From Christensenella sp. UBA7703 (GTDB lineage: Bacteria > Bacillota > Clostridia > Christensenellales > CAG-138), in contig DLGD01000021.1 of assembly GCA_002482505.1 (NCBI GenBank), forward strand, positions 27,085-91,084: a DNA stretch of 64,000 nt, given 5' to 3'. The position numbers were made by a program, and so were the translations under genes. The notes under the pieces are model-generated. The model worked only from the letters and a program-made list of their open reading frames with translations. It had not been told where the DNA came from and ran no database searches. Shown in pieces: positions 1 to 8,857 of this stretch; the first letter of the stretch is position 1; the number at the start of each line of letters is the position of its first letter.

Positions 1-1
1 G

Positions 2-340
2 CTTGGCAAAGCCGCCATTCGCGCGGGCATCTCGGTGTTGCTGGAATCGCTTTCGCTTCAGGAATCGCAGATCACGCGCGTACTCCTCGCGGGCGCATTC
101 GGAAGCCATCTTTCGCCGGACGCACTCTGCGACATCGGTTTGCTGCCGGAGGCATTTCGAGGCAAAGTGGAGAGCATAGGCAATGCCGCTGGCGAAGGCG
201 CAAAACTGTATGTAAGAAATTTTGAGCTGTTTCAAGAAAGCGAGCCCCTCGCACGCGGAACAGAATATATCGAGCTATCTCTTTCCGCAGCGTTTACGAA
301 TTACTACATCGACGCGATGTCGTTTCCCGAAGCGCACTAG
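2..340 (+). CDS. C-terminal fragment of an ASKHA-fold (DUF4445 / RACo-like) corrinoid reductive-activation protein; 5' end lies outside the window
   Basis: The frame is open from base 2 with no stop and runs into tracked ORF 35..340. The motif LLAGAFGSHL..IGLLP..IGNAAGEGA is typical of the C-terminal ASKHA domain of RACo-type activators. Confidence 0.6.
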   Translation, partial: LGKAAIRAGISVLLESLSLQESQITRVLLAGAFGSHLSPDALCDIGLLPEAFRGKVESIGNAAGEGAKLYVRNFELFQESEPLARGTEYIELSLSAAFTNYYIDAMSFPEAH

Positions 341-375
341 TCGCGCAATCTTCAGAAAGAATCAGGCTATCGCAT

Positions 376-1242
376 ATGAAGATCATCGACCGCATTCAAT
401 CCGGGCTCACGCTCTCGTTTGAGGTGTTCCCGCCCAAATCGGATAAGCCCCTAGACCCGCTGCTTGCCACGCTGGAACAGCTCTATACGTTGTCTCCGGA
501 CTTCATCAGCTGTACCTATGGCGCGATGGGCTCCAACAAAGGGCGCAATCTGGAAGTTGTAAAGAGCATTCAGCAGAGCGGCAGGTCCGAAGCGCTCTCA
601 CACTACACCTGCGTTGGCAACAGCAAGGACGATGTGCTGGCTGCACTTCGAGATTATGAATCCGTTGGGGTTGAAAACCTGCTCGCGCTACGAGGAGATT
701 TCCCCGCAGGCGCCATGCAAACAAACGGGGATTTTTCGCATGCGAACGAACTGATTTCGTTTATTCGATCCCGGACGGATCGTTTCTCCCTCGCCGCCGC
801 ATGTTATCCGGAAAAGCATCTGCTCGCGGAATCGATGGACGCGGATATCAATGCGCTGAAAAAGAAGCAGGACGCGGGAGCCGCGTTTCTGATGACGCAG
901 CTTTGCTATAGCGTGGAGAACTATTTGCGTTTTATCGACCGCGCAAGAAAGCGCAGGATTACGCTGCCAATCGTTGCGGGTGTTCTTCCGCTACTTAAAA
1001 AAGATGGGCTTGTGCGCATGACGCTGAGCAACGGCTGCTCCATTCCGGCGGAGGTTGCCGCGCTCGTCGGACGTTATGGCGAGAGCGAGGAAAGTTTCCG
1101 TACCGCAGGGCATGCATTCACCGTTTCGCTCGTGCAGCGTCTAATTCAGGAAGGTTCAAGCGGCATCCATCTTTATACGTTGAACCGGTTCGAAGATGTT
1201 GCAAATCTGGTATTCGATGCAGGAATCCGCGCAAAAGCATAG
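376..1242 (+). CDS. metF: 5,10-methylenetetrahydrofolate reductase
   Basis: ATG at 376. 288 aa. The N-terminus LSFEVFPPKS, the ALRGD motif and the overall length are characteristic of MetF. Confidence 0.9.
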   Translation: MKIIDRIQSGLTLSFEVFPPKSDKPLDPLLATLEQLYTLSPDFISCTYGAMGSNKGRNLEVVKSIQQSGRSEALSHYTCVGNSKDDVLAALRDYESVGVENLLALRGDFPAGAMQTNGDFSHANELISFIRSRTDRFSLAAACYPEKHLLAESMDADINALKKKQDAGAAFLMTQLCYSVENYLRFIDRARKRRITLPIVAGVLPLLKKDGLVRMTLSNGCSIPAEVAALVGRYGESEESFRTAGHAFTVSLVQRLIQEGSSGIHLYTLNRFEDVANLVFDAGIRAKA

Positions 1243-1327
1243 TCGCTATGTTTCGCTTTGCGTTTATCCTGTTATACGTTATAATCATTGCATTCCTCGT
1301 CGTTTGATGAGGAAAACGGATATCCAA

Positions 1328-1430
1328 GGTAGAGTAGATATTGCGCGTTAAGTGGCAGTTGGATGGGAAGTCGCCGCTGCACGAAAAGCGCCATCGCGCT
1401 TGCGGTGCAATATCGCGTCCGCTACTGCAC
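1328..1430 (+). promoter_or_regulatory. THF (tetrahydrofolate) riboswitch aptamer
   Basis: Sequence blocks AGAGUAGAU, CGCGUUAAGUG, GGAUGGGAAGUCG, ACGAAAAGCG and GCGGUGCAAUAUCGCGUCCGCUACU occur in the order and spacing of the folT-type THF aptamer. It lies about 75 nt upstream of a folT-like start codon. Confidence 0.85.
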
Positions 1431-1503
1431 CAAAACGGGAAGCTCCCTCTTTTTGAGGCGATCCTGCATTTTTGTGCAGCGCAAACAAAAGGAGGAATTT
1501 CAT

Positions 1504-3336
1504 ATGAAGTCAATCACCCCAAAACGCCTTTCCCTGCTGGCGATGTTCATCGCCCTGCAAATCGTTCTTTCCAAGTTTTTGATGTTACAGCTTGCGCCGT
1601 CCGTGCGATTGAGCATCGACAGCGTGCCGATTTTGCTCGCAGGCCTTTGGTTTGGTCCGCTTGCCGGCGCGCTCGTGGGTACTCTTTCGGACTTTCTCGG
1701 AACGCTCCTGTTCCCCACCGCCGGAGCCTATTTTCCGCCGTTGACCGTAGCTTTTTTGCTCATCGGCCTCACGGCGGGTATTCTCTCGCGCGTGGTCAAG
1801 GTCAAGCAGCCGCTGCTTCGGATCGCGCTCATCGTCATCCCCTCCGAAATCGTCGGGTCATACCTGTTTAAAAGCTTTGCGTTGTCGTTTCTGGTCGGCG
1901 CTCCGTTTTCCGTGTTGCTCGCGGCGCGTGCGCTGCCCGTTGCAATTGTGATGATCGCAAATACGATGCTGGTTGCGCTTCTCGACCGCACACTGGGCGA
2001 AAAAGCTTTACGTGAACCCGCGCAAGGCAAGAAAATTTCATCAAGTGACGCATCTTTGCTTGATACCATGACCTATGGCGAAGCAATGGATTATATCCAT
2101 CACGTCACTTGGCGTGGCAGCAGGCTTGGTCTTGAACGAACGAGCGAACTGCTCGAGCGCGTCGGAAACCCGCAACGCAAACTCAAGTTTGTTCACGTCG
2201 CCGGAACCAACGGAAAAGGCTCCACCTGCGCAATGATTGCAAAAGCGCTCACGCTCGCAGGGTATCGAACAGGGCTCTATATCTCGCCGTTCATCAACCG
2301 CTTCAATGAGCGCATGCAGCTCAACGGCGAGCCAATTTCCGACGAGCTGCTTGCCGAAATTACCGCGTTCGTCCGTCCGCACGCGGAGGCGATGGCGGAT
2401 CACCCGACCGAGTTTGAGCTCATCACCGTCATCGCGTTTGAATACTTCCTGCGCTGTAAGGCAGATATCGTCGTGCTGGAGGTCGGCATGGGCGGTGAGC
2501 TGGACTCTACCAATGTCATCGACACACCGGAACTCGCGGTGATTACCAATATCGGTCTCGACCACACGCGCGAACTCGGGCCGACCATCACCGACATTGC
2601 AAAAGCAAAAGCGGGCATCATTAAGCCGGACGGCGATGTATTGATCTACGACCAGAATCCGGAAGCGGACGAAGTGTTTGCAAACGCCTGCCTTTCTCGC
2701 GGCGCGCGGCTTCACATCACCGACCATAACCGGATTTCCAATGTTTCTGCTTCGCTTGCGGCACTGTCGTTTGATTGTATCCCCTATGGCGCGATGACGT
2801 GCGGGCTTGTCGGAACCTATCAGGCAAAGAACGCAGCGGTCGCGATTACAGCGCTTGAGTTGTTGCAGCAAAAGGGCTGGAATATGACCGAGCAGCACAT
2901 CAGGGACGGATTGCGCAGCGTCCGCTGGCCCGCGCGGTTTGAACTCCTGCAACAAAACCCGATCTTCATTGCGGACGGCGGGCACAACCCGCAAGGGATT
3001 GCAGCCGTTGCGGAGAGTTTAAAGAAGCACTTCCCCGCCCGAAAAATCACGTTTTTAATCGGAATCATGGCGGACAAGGACATTCCGCAGATGATCGAAC
3101 AGCTTGCCCCGCTGACACAAGAGTTTATCACCGTTACGCCGGACAATCCCCGTGCGTTGAGCGCGGATGTGCTCGCCGGAATGCTCGTGGAGCGCGGGCT
3201 TACTGCAACCTCGCGCGGAAGCGTGGAGGAAGGCGTTCGTCTTGCCATTGAGCTTGCGGGAACGGACGGCATCGTGTGCGCGCTCGGGTCATTGTATCTG
3301 CTGGGCGATGTACGTGCGCTGCTTGGCGCTCGGTAA
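1504..3336 (+). CDS. Fusion protein: ECF-transporter folate S-component (FolT-like) joined to folylpolyglutamate synthase/dihydrofolate synthase (FolC)
   Basis: ATG 1504 follows a GGAGG RBS. The N-terminal ~175 aa are multi-TM and FolT-like (IALQIVLSKFL, PILLAGLWFGPLAGALVG, LLFPTAGAYFPP). A short linker is followed by FolC with the P-loop HVAGTNGKGST. The frame is uninterrupted to 3336. Confidence 0.85.
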   Translation: MKSITPKRLSLLAMFIALQIVLSKFLMLQLAPSVRLSIDSVPILLAGLWFGPLAGALVGTLSDFLGTLLFPTAGAYFPPLTVAFLLIGLTAGILSRVVKVKQPLLRIALIVIPSEIVGSYLFKSFALSFLVGAPFSVLLAARALPVAIVMIANTMLVALLDRTLGEKALREPAQGKKISSSDASLLDTMTYGEAMDYIHHVTWRGSRLGLERTSELLERVGNPQRKLKFVHVAGTNGKGSTCAMIAKALTLAGYRTGLYISPFINRFNERMQLNGEPISDELLAEITAFVRPHAEAMADHPTEFELITVIAFEYFLRCKADIVVLEVGMGGELDSTNVIDTPELAVITNIGLDHTRELGPTITDIAKAKAGIIKPDGDVLIYDQNPEADEVFANACLSRGARLHITDHNRISNVSASLAALSFDCIPYGAMTCGLVGTYQAKNAAVAITALELLQQKGWNMTEQHIRDGLRSVRWPARFELLQQNPIFIADGGHNPQGIAAVAESLKKHFPARKITFLIGIMADKDIPQMIEQLAPLTQEFITVTPDNPRALSADVLAGMLVERGLTATSRGSVEEGVRLAIELAGTDGIVCALGSLYLLGDVRALLGAR

Positions 3337-3400
3337 ACGAACGCAGTCGTAAATAACACCGGAACCGAACTTTGCTGATCATACAGAACTGGAGGCACTC

Positions 3401-4033
3401 ATGGCATTTCGCGACCAAACGATCGATGCATTCCTGCAACAACTTTCTTCCAAGGCGCCGATTCCCGGCGGCGGCGGCGCAAGCGCGCTTGTCGGCGCTC
3501 TTTCCGCTTCGCTGGCGCATATGGTCGCCGCGCTCACCGTCGGCAAACCAAAATATGCCGCTGTCGAAACGGAAATGAACGAATTGCTGAAAACAGCGGA
3601 AACGCTTACAAACCGTTTTCTCGCGCTGATGGACGAAGACGCGGAAGCGTTTGAGCCGCTTGCGCAAGCCTATCGCCTGCCAAAAGAGACGGAAGCGGAG
3701 AAAGCGGAAAAATCACTTCGTATGGAAGCCGCGCTCAAGAGCGCCGTTCAACCGCCGATTGCGATTATGGAAACCTGCGCGCAAGCGCTGCCCATCATTG
3801 CGCTCTGCGCGGAAAAAGGCAGTATCGTCGCCGTCAGCGATGCGGGCGTTGCGGCCTCGCTGTGCCGCGTCGCGCTGGAAAGCGCGAGCCTGAATGTGTT
3901 CATCAATACGCAAGGCATGCTGGATCAAGCGTATGCCGCCTCGCTCAACGCGCGGGCAAACACGCTATTACAAAAACACACCGCAGAGGCGGAAGCAATC
4001 TCCCGCGCGGTCTTTGCCCGCCTCGGCGCATAA
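3401..4033 (+). CDS. Cyclodeaminase/cyclohydrolase family protein (methenyl-THF cyclohydrolase / formimino-THF cyclodeaminase-like)
   Basis: ATG 3401 with a GGAGG RBS. The N-terminus FLQQLSSKAPIPGGGGASALVGALSASL is the hallmark of the FtcD/FchA cyclodeaminase domain. Confidence 0.85.
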   Translation: MAFRDQTIDAFLQQLSSKAPIPGGGGASALVGALSASLAHMVAALTVGKPKYAAVETEMNELLKTAETLTNRFLALMDEDAEAFEPLAQAYRLPKETEAEKAEKSLRMEAALKSAVQPPIAIMETCAQALPIIALCAEKGSIVAVSDAGVAASLCRVALESASLNVFINTQGMLDQAYAASLNARANTLLQKHTAEAEAISRAVFARLGA

Positions 4034-4088
4034 TTCCGGTTTCACTTTAACTCCAATCGAAAATAACGTTCGACGGAAGGAATGCCTT

Positions 4089-4664
4089 ATGCAGATTTGC
4101 ATTCTCAACGGCAGCCCGCGCCTAAATGGCAACACAGCGGAGCTTGCCAAACCGTTTCTTCAGGAATTGAGCACCGGAAATGCAGCGCTTACGAGCTATA
4201 CGCTTGCGCAAATGGACATCGCTTCCTGTAAAGGCTGCTATCATTGCCAGGATGTGTCCGGCGAGTATGGTTGTTATCAAAAGGATGACATGACCAAGGT
4301 TGCATCTTCGATCATCGAAAGTGATCTGATTGTGTTGGTCACGCCGATCTATTCGTGGTATTGCACGACGGAGTTAAAGGCGGTTCTGGATCGCTTCTAT
4401 GGTCTTGCAAAATACTATCGTTCGGCTGAAGGCAACTTTGTGGAGGGCAAGCGCATCGCGATTCTTGCCACGCACGGCTACGATGCGGCCTATGCGGCAG
4501 ACCCGTTTGTGATCGGCATTCAGCGTATGTGTGAGCACTACCGCATGCGCTATGACGGTATGTATTCCGTGCGGGATGTGGACGACATTGCATCGTTCCA
4601 AACAAAGCAGGCGGTCAACGGCGCAAAGGAGTTTGCGCGCTATTTGTTGAATAAAAAAGTATAA
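4089..4664 (+). CDS. Flavodoxin-fold FMN reductase / iron-sulfur flavoprotein-like protein
   Basis: Internal ATG 4089 (MQICILNGSPRLNGNT) fits the family N-terminus. Cys cluster CKGCYHCQ..8..C. The upstream part of tracked ORF 3894 overlaps the preceding gene. Confidence 0.7.
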   Translation: MQICILNGSPRLNGNTAELAKPFLQELSTGNAALTSYTLAQMDIASCKGCYHCQDVSGEYGCYQKDDMTKVASSIIESDLIVLVTPIYSWYCTTELKAVLDRFYGLAKYYRSAEGNFVEGKRIAILATHGYDAAYAADPFVIGIQRMCEHYRMRYDGMYSVRDVDDIASFQTKQAVNGAKEFARYLLNKKV

Positions 4665-4708
4665 ACATTCCCCTATCAGCCTTGCTAAAAGAAAGAAGGC
4701 GCCCGCGT

Positions 4709-5275
4709 ATGGCAGCACCCAAAAACGACAACGTCAAGCAGCAGATTCTGGACGCCGCAACGCTCCTGTTTCAGGAGCAGCACGATGTCTCGCTTGCTGA
4801 GATTGCAAAAGCCGCAAACGTGAGCAAAGGTACGCTGTTTTACCATTATCGCAGCAAGGCGGAAATCTATCTTGATCTTGGCGAACGGTATTGGAGCAAG
4901 CTTTCGGAAGATCTGCTTACCTGGGTCGACAACCGAGAAAAGGACACCTCTTTGCCCCGCCTTGTGCGCTATACTTTCTTGCGCGGTACATTTGACGAAA
5001 GCGGGCAGCTTCGCCTGCGCCTGTTTGTCGAATCGATTGCCGGCGAGGAGGAAAGCCTGATTCGCGAGCGACTCAACGAGCAATATGCGCATTTTAAAAA
5101 CATTCTCAAATCTCGTATTCTGGAACGCGCGCCCGGCGCGGACGGAGAGCAGCTTGCCTGGCTTCTCCTGACGCTGGTCGACGGTCTCATGGTGCAAAGC
5201 ACCATGCAAAACGAGGGCATGGACGTCAACGCCTTCATCGAATGGATGGCGAAGAATTTTCAGAAGTTGATTTGA
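4709..5275 (+). CDS. TetR/AcrR family transcriptional regulator
   Basis: N-terminal HTH: ILDAATLLFQEQHDVSLAEIAKAANVSKGTLFYHYRSK. The ATG at 4709 is preferred over the TTG at 4682. Confidence 0.8.
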   Translation: MAAPKNDNVKQQILDAATLLFQEQHDVSLAEIAKAANVSKGTLFYHYRSKAEIYLDLGERYWSKLSEDLLTWVDNREKDTSLPRLVRYTFLRGTFDESGQLRLRLFVESIAGEEESLIRERLNEQYAHFKNILKSRILERAPGADGEQLAWLLLTLVDGLMVQSTMQNEGMDVNAFIEWMAKNFQKLI

Positions 5276-5307
5276 AACGCATACCTCACAATCCGAATCG
5301 AATCATG

Positions 5308-5336
5308 AAACGCATCTTTGGGTGCGTTTTTTATTT
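5308..5336 (+). terminator. Rho-independent terminator after the TetR gene
   Basis: Stem AAACGCATC / GGTGCGTTT with loop TTTG, followed by a T-run. Confidence 0.7.
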
Positions 5337-5412
5337 TGGCAAAACCAAAAACCGGTAGATTCCTGCAGAAGGCTTGACAAATCTGTAATGCAATGATACG
5401 CTCAAATTGTTA

Positions 5413-5432
5413 AGTCGGTCGTTTGACCGACT
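5413..5432. promoter_or_regulatory. Perfect 8-bp inverted repeat (AGTCGGTC-GTTT-GACCGACT), candidate operator
   Basis: Read directly from the sequence. It lies between a TTGACA box (5374..5379) and the ATG at 5472 of the downstream operon. Confidence 0.45.
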
Positions 5433-5471
5433 AAATCAAATCCGTTTGATGAACCAATTTGGAGCAAGAAA

Positions 5472-7187
5472 ATGTCATATTGCAAGAGAATCAATCAAAC
5501 GCTCTTTGCTCGCTTTGGCGGGCGTGTTACCGCGCGGGAACAAGACAGGGTGCTCTATCTGGAAGGCGAGCTGGATCGCTGGGATGACGTCGTAGCTGCG
5601 GGTTTGCTGGCCGTCAATCACAAGAAGTATGATGGCCTCGTCAACGACATCCGCTTTACCGGCGGTGAAATTCCGCCCATGCGATTGCCGAAGGTCACGG
5701 ATACCGTGCTGGATGGGGCAGCGCCGGATGTGCTCGTCATCGGCGGCGGAATCGTCGGCTGTGCCATCGCGCGCGAATGCGCCAAATATGACGTGCGCAT
5801 CCTGCTGGTCGAAAAAGAACACGATATCGCGATGCAGACCACCAGCCGCAACGACGGCATGGTTCATCCGGGAGTCGATCTGATTCCCGGGCAGGTCAAG
5901 CGCCATTATAATAGGCGCGGTAACCGGATGTACGACGAAATCTGCAAGCAGCTTGATGTCCCATTTCGCCGATCCGGTCAATATATCTGTTTCCGTGGCA
6001 AAAAGCTTGCATTTGCCGCCTTCTTTGGGCAACTCTATTACAAGCTCATTGGGCCGCGTGTGACCTATCTTCGCAAAAAAGCGTTTTTTCAGCGTGAGCC
6101 GAACATGAATCCCGCGATCTCCGCAGCCCTTTTCTTCCCCGACGCGGGCGTGGTCTCCCCTTACGGGCTTGCGATTGCGTATGCAGAAAATGCCGCTGAC
6201 AACGGCGTGCAGGTTTCGCTGGACACAGCCGTGCTGAATATGACGGTTTCGGAGGGAGTGATCACGTCCGTTCGTACCAACCGCGGGACGATCTATCCCA
6301 AGGTCGTGATCAACGCAGCGGGCGTCTTCGCGGAAGAAATTGCGAAGTTGGCGCAGGATCGTTTCTTCTCCATTCACCCCCGAAAGGGCACAAATACGAT
6401 TCTCGACCATAAGGCATCCAAACGCATGCATACCATCGTTTCCTCCTTTGGCACTTCTTCCACCAAAAAGCGCCACACGAAAGGCGGCGGTCTGGTCAAA
6501 ACCATCGACGACAATACGCTGGTTGGGCCCGATGCGGTTGAGACCTATCAAAAAGAGGATTTTACGACAGCACCGGAGAATGTTGCTTTTGTGTTTGATG
6601 CGCAGCGAAAGACGGATACCGCGCTGAACATCCGCGACGCAATCACCTATTTTTCCGGTGTGCGCGCGGCAACCTATGAAGAAGATTTTGTGATTCGCAA
6701 GGGGAAATGGACAAAGAACATCGTCCATGCAGCCGGCATACAGTCTCCGGGGTTGACGGCGGCGCCTGCCATCGCCGTAGACGTGAGCCGTATGGCGGCG
6801 GAGCTGCTATCAAAATCGCGTATCGTCCGGTCAAACGAAAGCTTTAACCCGATCCGAACGGGAGTCATCCGCGCGAGCGAACTGGATCTTCCCGCGCGGG
6901 ATGCGTTGATCCGCGAAAACCCCGACTATGGTGAGATCGTTTGCCGCTGTGAAGAGATCAGCCGCGGTGAAATCAAAGATGCGCTCCATCGAAGTATCCC
7001 CTGTGATACGATCGACGGAGTCAAGCGGCGCGTACGCCCCGGCATGGGGCGCTGCCAGGGTGGTTTCTGCGGGCCGCTGGTGCTGCAGATTATCGCGGAA
7101 GAAACCGGAAAAGAATTGCAGCAGATCGATAAAAGTGCGCCTGGCGGTGAACTGCTCATGGGCGCAATCAAGGAGGTGATGCCGTGA
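5472..7187 (+). CDS. FAD-dependent oxidoreductase, GlpA/anaerobic glycerol-3-phosphate dehydrogenase-like, with a C-terminal BFD-like [2Fe-2S] domain and an ~85-aa N-terminal extension
   Basis: GxGxxG motif VLVIGGGIVGCAIA. C-terminal CRCEEISRGEI...GMGRCQGGFC motif. First gene of the known trio with a pyridine-nucleotide-disulfide oxidoreductase and DUF1667. Confidence 0.8.
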   Translation: MSYCKRINQTLFARFGGRVTAREQDRVLYLEGELDRWDDVVAAGLLAVNHKKYDGLVNDIRFTGGEIPPMRLPKVTDTVLDGAAPDVLVIGGGIVGCAIARECAKYDVRILLVEKEHDIAMQTTSRNDGMVHPGVDLIPGQVKRHYNRRGNRMYDEICKQLDVPFRRSGQYICFRGKKLAFAAFFGQLYYKLIGPRVTYLRKKAFFQREPNMNPAISAALFFPDAGVVSPYGLAIAYAENAADNGVQVSLDTAVLNMTVSEGVITSVRTNRGTIYPKVVINAAGVFAEEIAKLAQDRFFSIHPRKGTNTILDHKASKRMHTIVSSFGTSSTKKRHTKGGGLVKTIDDNTLVGPDAVETYQKEDFTTAPENVAFVFDAQRKTDTALNIRDAITYFSGVRAATYEEDFVIRKGKWTKNIVHAAGIQSPGLTAAPAIAVDVSRMAAELLSKSRIVRSNESFNPIRTGVIRASELDLPARDALIRENPDYGEIVCRCEEISRGEIKDALHRSIPCDTIDGVKRRVRPGMGRCQGGFCGPLVLQIIAEETGKELQQIDKSAPGGELLMGAIKEVMP

Positions 7188-8452
7188 TGGAGGAGCTTCA
7201 GTTTGACGTAACCGTCATCGGAGCGGGACCTGCGGGTCTTGCCGCGTCGCTCACCGCCGACAAAGCGGGTGCAAAGACGCTGCTTATCGAGCGGGAGACC
7301 CGCCCCGGCGGCATCCTCAAACAGTGCATTCACGATGGGTTCGGTTTGGTGCGCTTTGGTGAAAAGCTCTCCGGCCCGGAATATGCCGCGCGTTTCATCG
7401 ACCGGCTCCCAAACAGCGACGTAACGGTTTGGACACTCTCGTTCGTCAGCGCAATTCAGCGGGAGCAGGACGACAGCATCCTCACCGTGATCACACGCGA
7501 AGGCATCCGCCGAATCCGCACGCATGCGTTGATCTTCGCAACCGGCTGCCGGGAGCGCACCTCCCGCCAAATCGGCGTGCACGGGCGGCACTGCGCGGGG
7601 GTTTTTACAGCGGGAACGGCGCAATATTACACAAACATTCTGGGCGAGCTTCCCACAAAGCGCTGTGTCATCCTCGGCAGCGGAGATATCGGGCTAATCA
7701 TGGCGCGACGGCTGACGCTAGAGGGCGCACAGGTCGTCGGCGTTTACGAAGCGAAACCAACGCCAAGCGGACTGACCCGCAACGTAAGCCAATGCCTCTG
7801 GGATTTTGAAATTCCGCTCCACACGAGTAAAACCGTCACCCGCGTTTTTGGCGACGCGCGGCTCACCGCGGTTGAAATCGCAAGCGTTGACCCGTGCATG
7901 TGCCCGATTGCCGGAACGGAGGAAATCATCCCCTGCGACGCTCTGATCCTCTCCGTCGGCCTTATTCCCGAAAATGAGCTTGCGGAGTCCATCGGGGTCC
8001 CGCTTGACAGCAAGACAAAGGGCGCTGTTGTGGACGAGCGAAACGAGACGCTTCTGCGCGGGGTGTTCGCCTGTGGAAATGCGCTGCATGTCAACGACCT
8101 TGTCGATTACGTTTCCGAAAGCGGAGAGATTGCAGGTGCCGCCGCCGCATCGAAAGAGAAAAAATGCCGCGGGCTTGTGCCCGTCGAGTGCGACCAGTCG
8201 CTTCTTTATATCGTTCCGCAGCGCATCTCGCGCAATGCAGAAATGCAGGAGCGTGTGTTCTTCTTCCGCTCCGCAAAAGATATGGACAACGCGATGCTGA
8301 CCATCACCAAGGGCGGGAACCTGCTCTTTTCGAAGCGGTTTTCGCATCTTCGCCCGCCGGAGATGGAGCGTCTGCCCGTTCTGCTCACGCCGGAGCAGCT
8401 CTTCGGAAATGAGCCACTTCGGTTTCATCTGGAGGAATTGGATCATGAATGA
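7187..8452 (+). CDS. NAD(P)/FAD-dependent (pyridine nucleotide-disulfide type) oxidoreductase
   Basis: VTVIGAGPAGLAAS and a second Rossmann motif VILGSGDIGL. ATG 7187 overlaps the upstream TGA. A GTG at 7184 is an alternative start. Confidence 0.8.
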   Translation: MEELQFDVTVIGAGPAGLAASLTADKAGAKTLLIERETRPGGILKQCIHDGFGLVRFGEKLSGPEYAARFIDRLPNSDVTVWTLSFVSAIQREQDDSILTVITREGIRRIRTHALIFATGCRERTSRQIGVHGRHCAGVFTAGTAQYYTNILGELPTKRCVILGSGDIGLIMARRLTLEGAQVVGVYEAKPTPSGLTRNVSQCLWDFEIPLHTSKTVTRVFGDARLTAVEIASVDPCMCPIAGTEEIIPCDALILSVGLIPENELAESIGVPLDSKTKGAVVDERNETLLRGVFACGNALHVNDLVDYVSESGEIAGAAAASKEKKCRGLVPVECDQSLLYIVPQRISRNAEMQERVFFFRSAKDMDNAMLTITKGGNLLFSKRFSHLRPPEMERLPVLLTPEQLFGNEPLRFHLEELDHE

Positions 8453-8834
8453 CAATGGCAACACCAATCAGGCAAAAGAAATTATCTGCATCGTCTGCCC
8501 GAACGGGTGCCGCATCTCTTGCACAAAAGCTGCGGATGGAATCCACTGCAGCGGACAAAAATGCAAGCGCGGCGAGGCGTATGCAACCGCGGAGCTGACG
8601 CATCCAATGCGAACGCTCACAACAAGCGTCCGCACAATCTTCCCCGACTCCCCCGTTGTCAGCGTTCGGACAGCAGGCGAAATTGACAAATCGAAGCTTA
8701 TGGATGTATCCAAAGCACTGGGCAAAGTGTTGGTCAAAACAAGGATTCACACAGGCGATGTCGTTGCCGAAAACATCTGCGGCACGGGGGTCAACGTCAT
8801 CTGTACGAGCGATCGGCTCATGCATCAGCAGTAA
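8445..8834 (+). CDS. DUF1667 domain protein
   Basis: ATG 8445 lies 9 nt after GGAGG and overlaps the upstream stop. Motif CIVCPNGC..C....CSGQKCKRG is typical of DUF1667, the third member of the trio. Confidence 0.8.
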   Translation: MNDNGNTNQAKEIICIVCPNGCRISCTKAADGIHCSGQKCKRGEAYATAELTHPMRTLTTSVRTIFPDSPVVSVRTAGEIDKSKLMDVSKALGKVLVKTRIHTGDVVAENICGTGVNVICTSDRLMHQQ

Positions 8835-8857
8835 CGCAAGACGAAAGGAGCAACATC

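Noticed and set aside
1363-1503. N-terminal 47-codon extension of the FolT-FolC ORF as given in the ORF track
   Set aside because: It overlaps the THF riboswitch aptamer and has no RBS. ATG 1504 follows GGAGG, and the product then starts like other FolT proteins.
2041-2994. Long antisense ORFs inside confident genes. Examples: 2041..2994, 5475..6728, 9071..9955, 23017..24219, 26989..28125, 31086..32264, 39161..40189, 41315..42322, 49448..50443, 52906..53781 and 61261..62379.
   Set aside because: These are typical shadow ORFs of GC-rich coding DNA. Their translations are Arg/Ala/His-rich with no recognisable domains, and each lies opposite a gene with clear family motifs.
3894-4088. Upstream extension of the flavodoxin-like ORF
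   Set aside because: It overlaps the end of the cyclodeaminase-family gene in another frame. The family-like N-terminus starts at ATG 4089.
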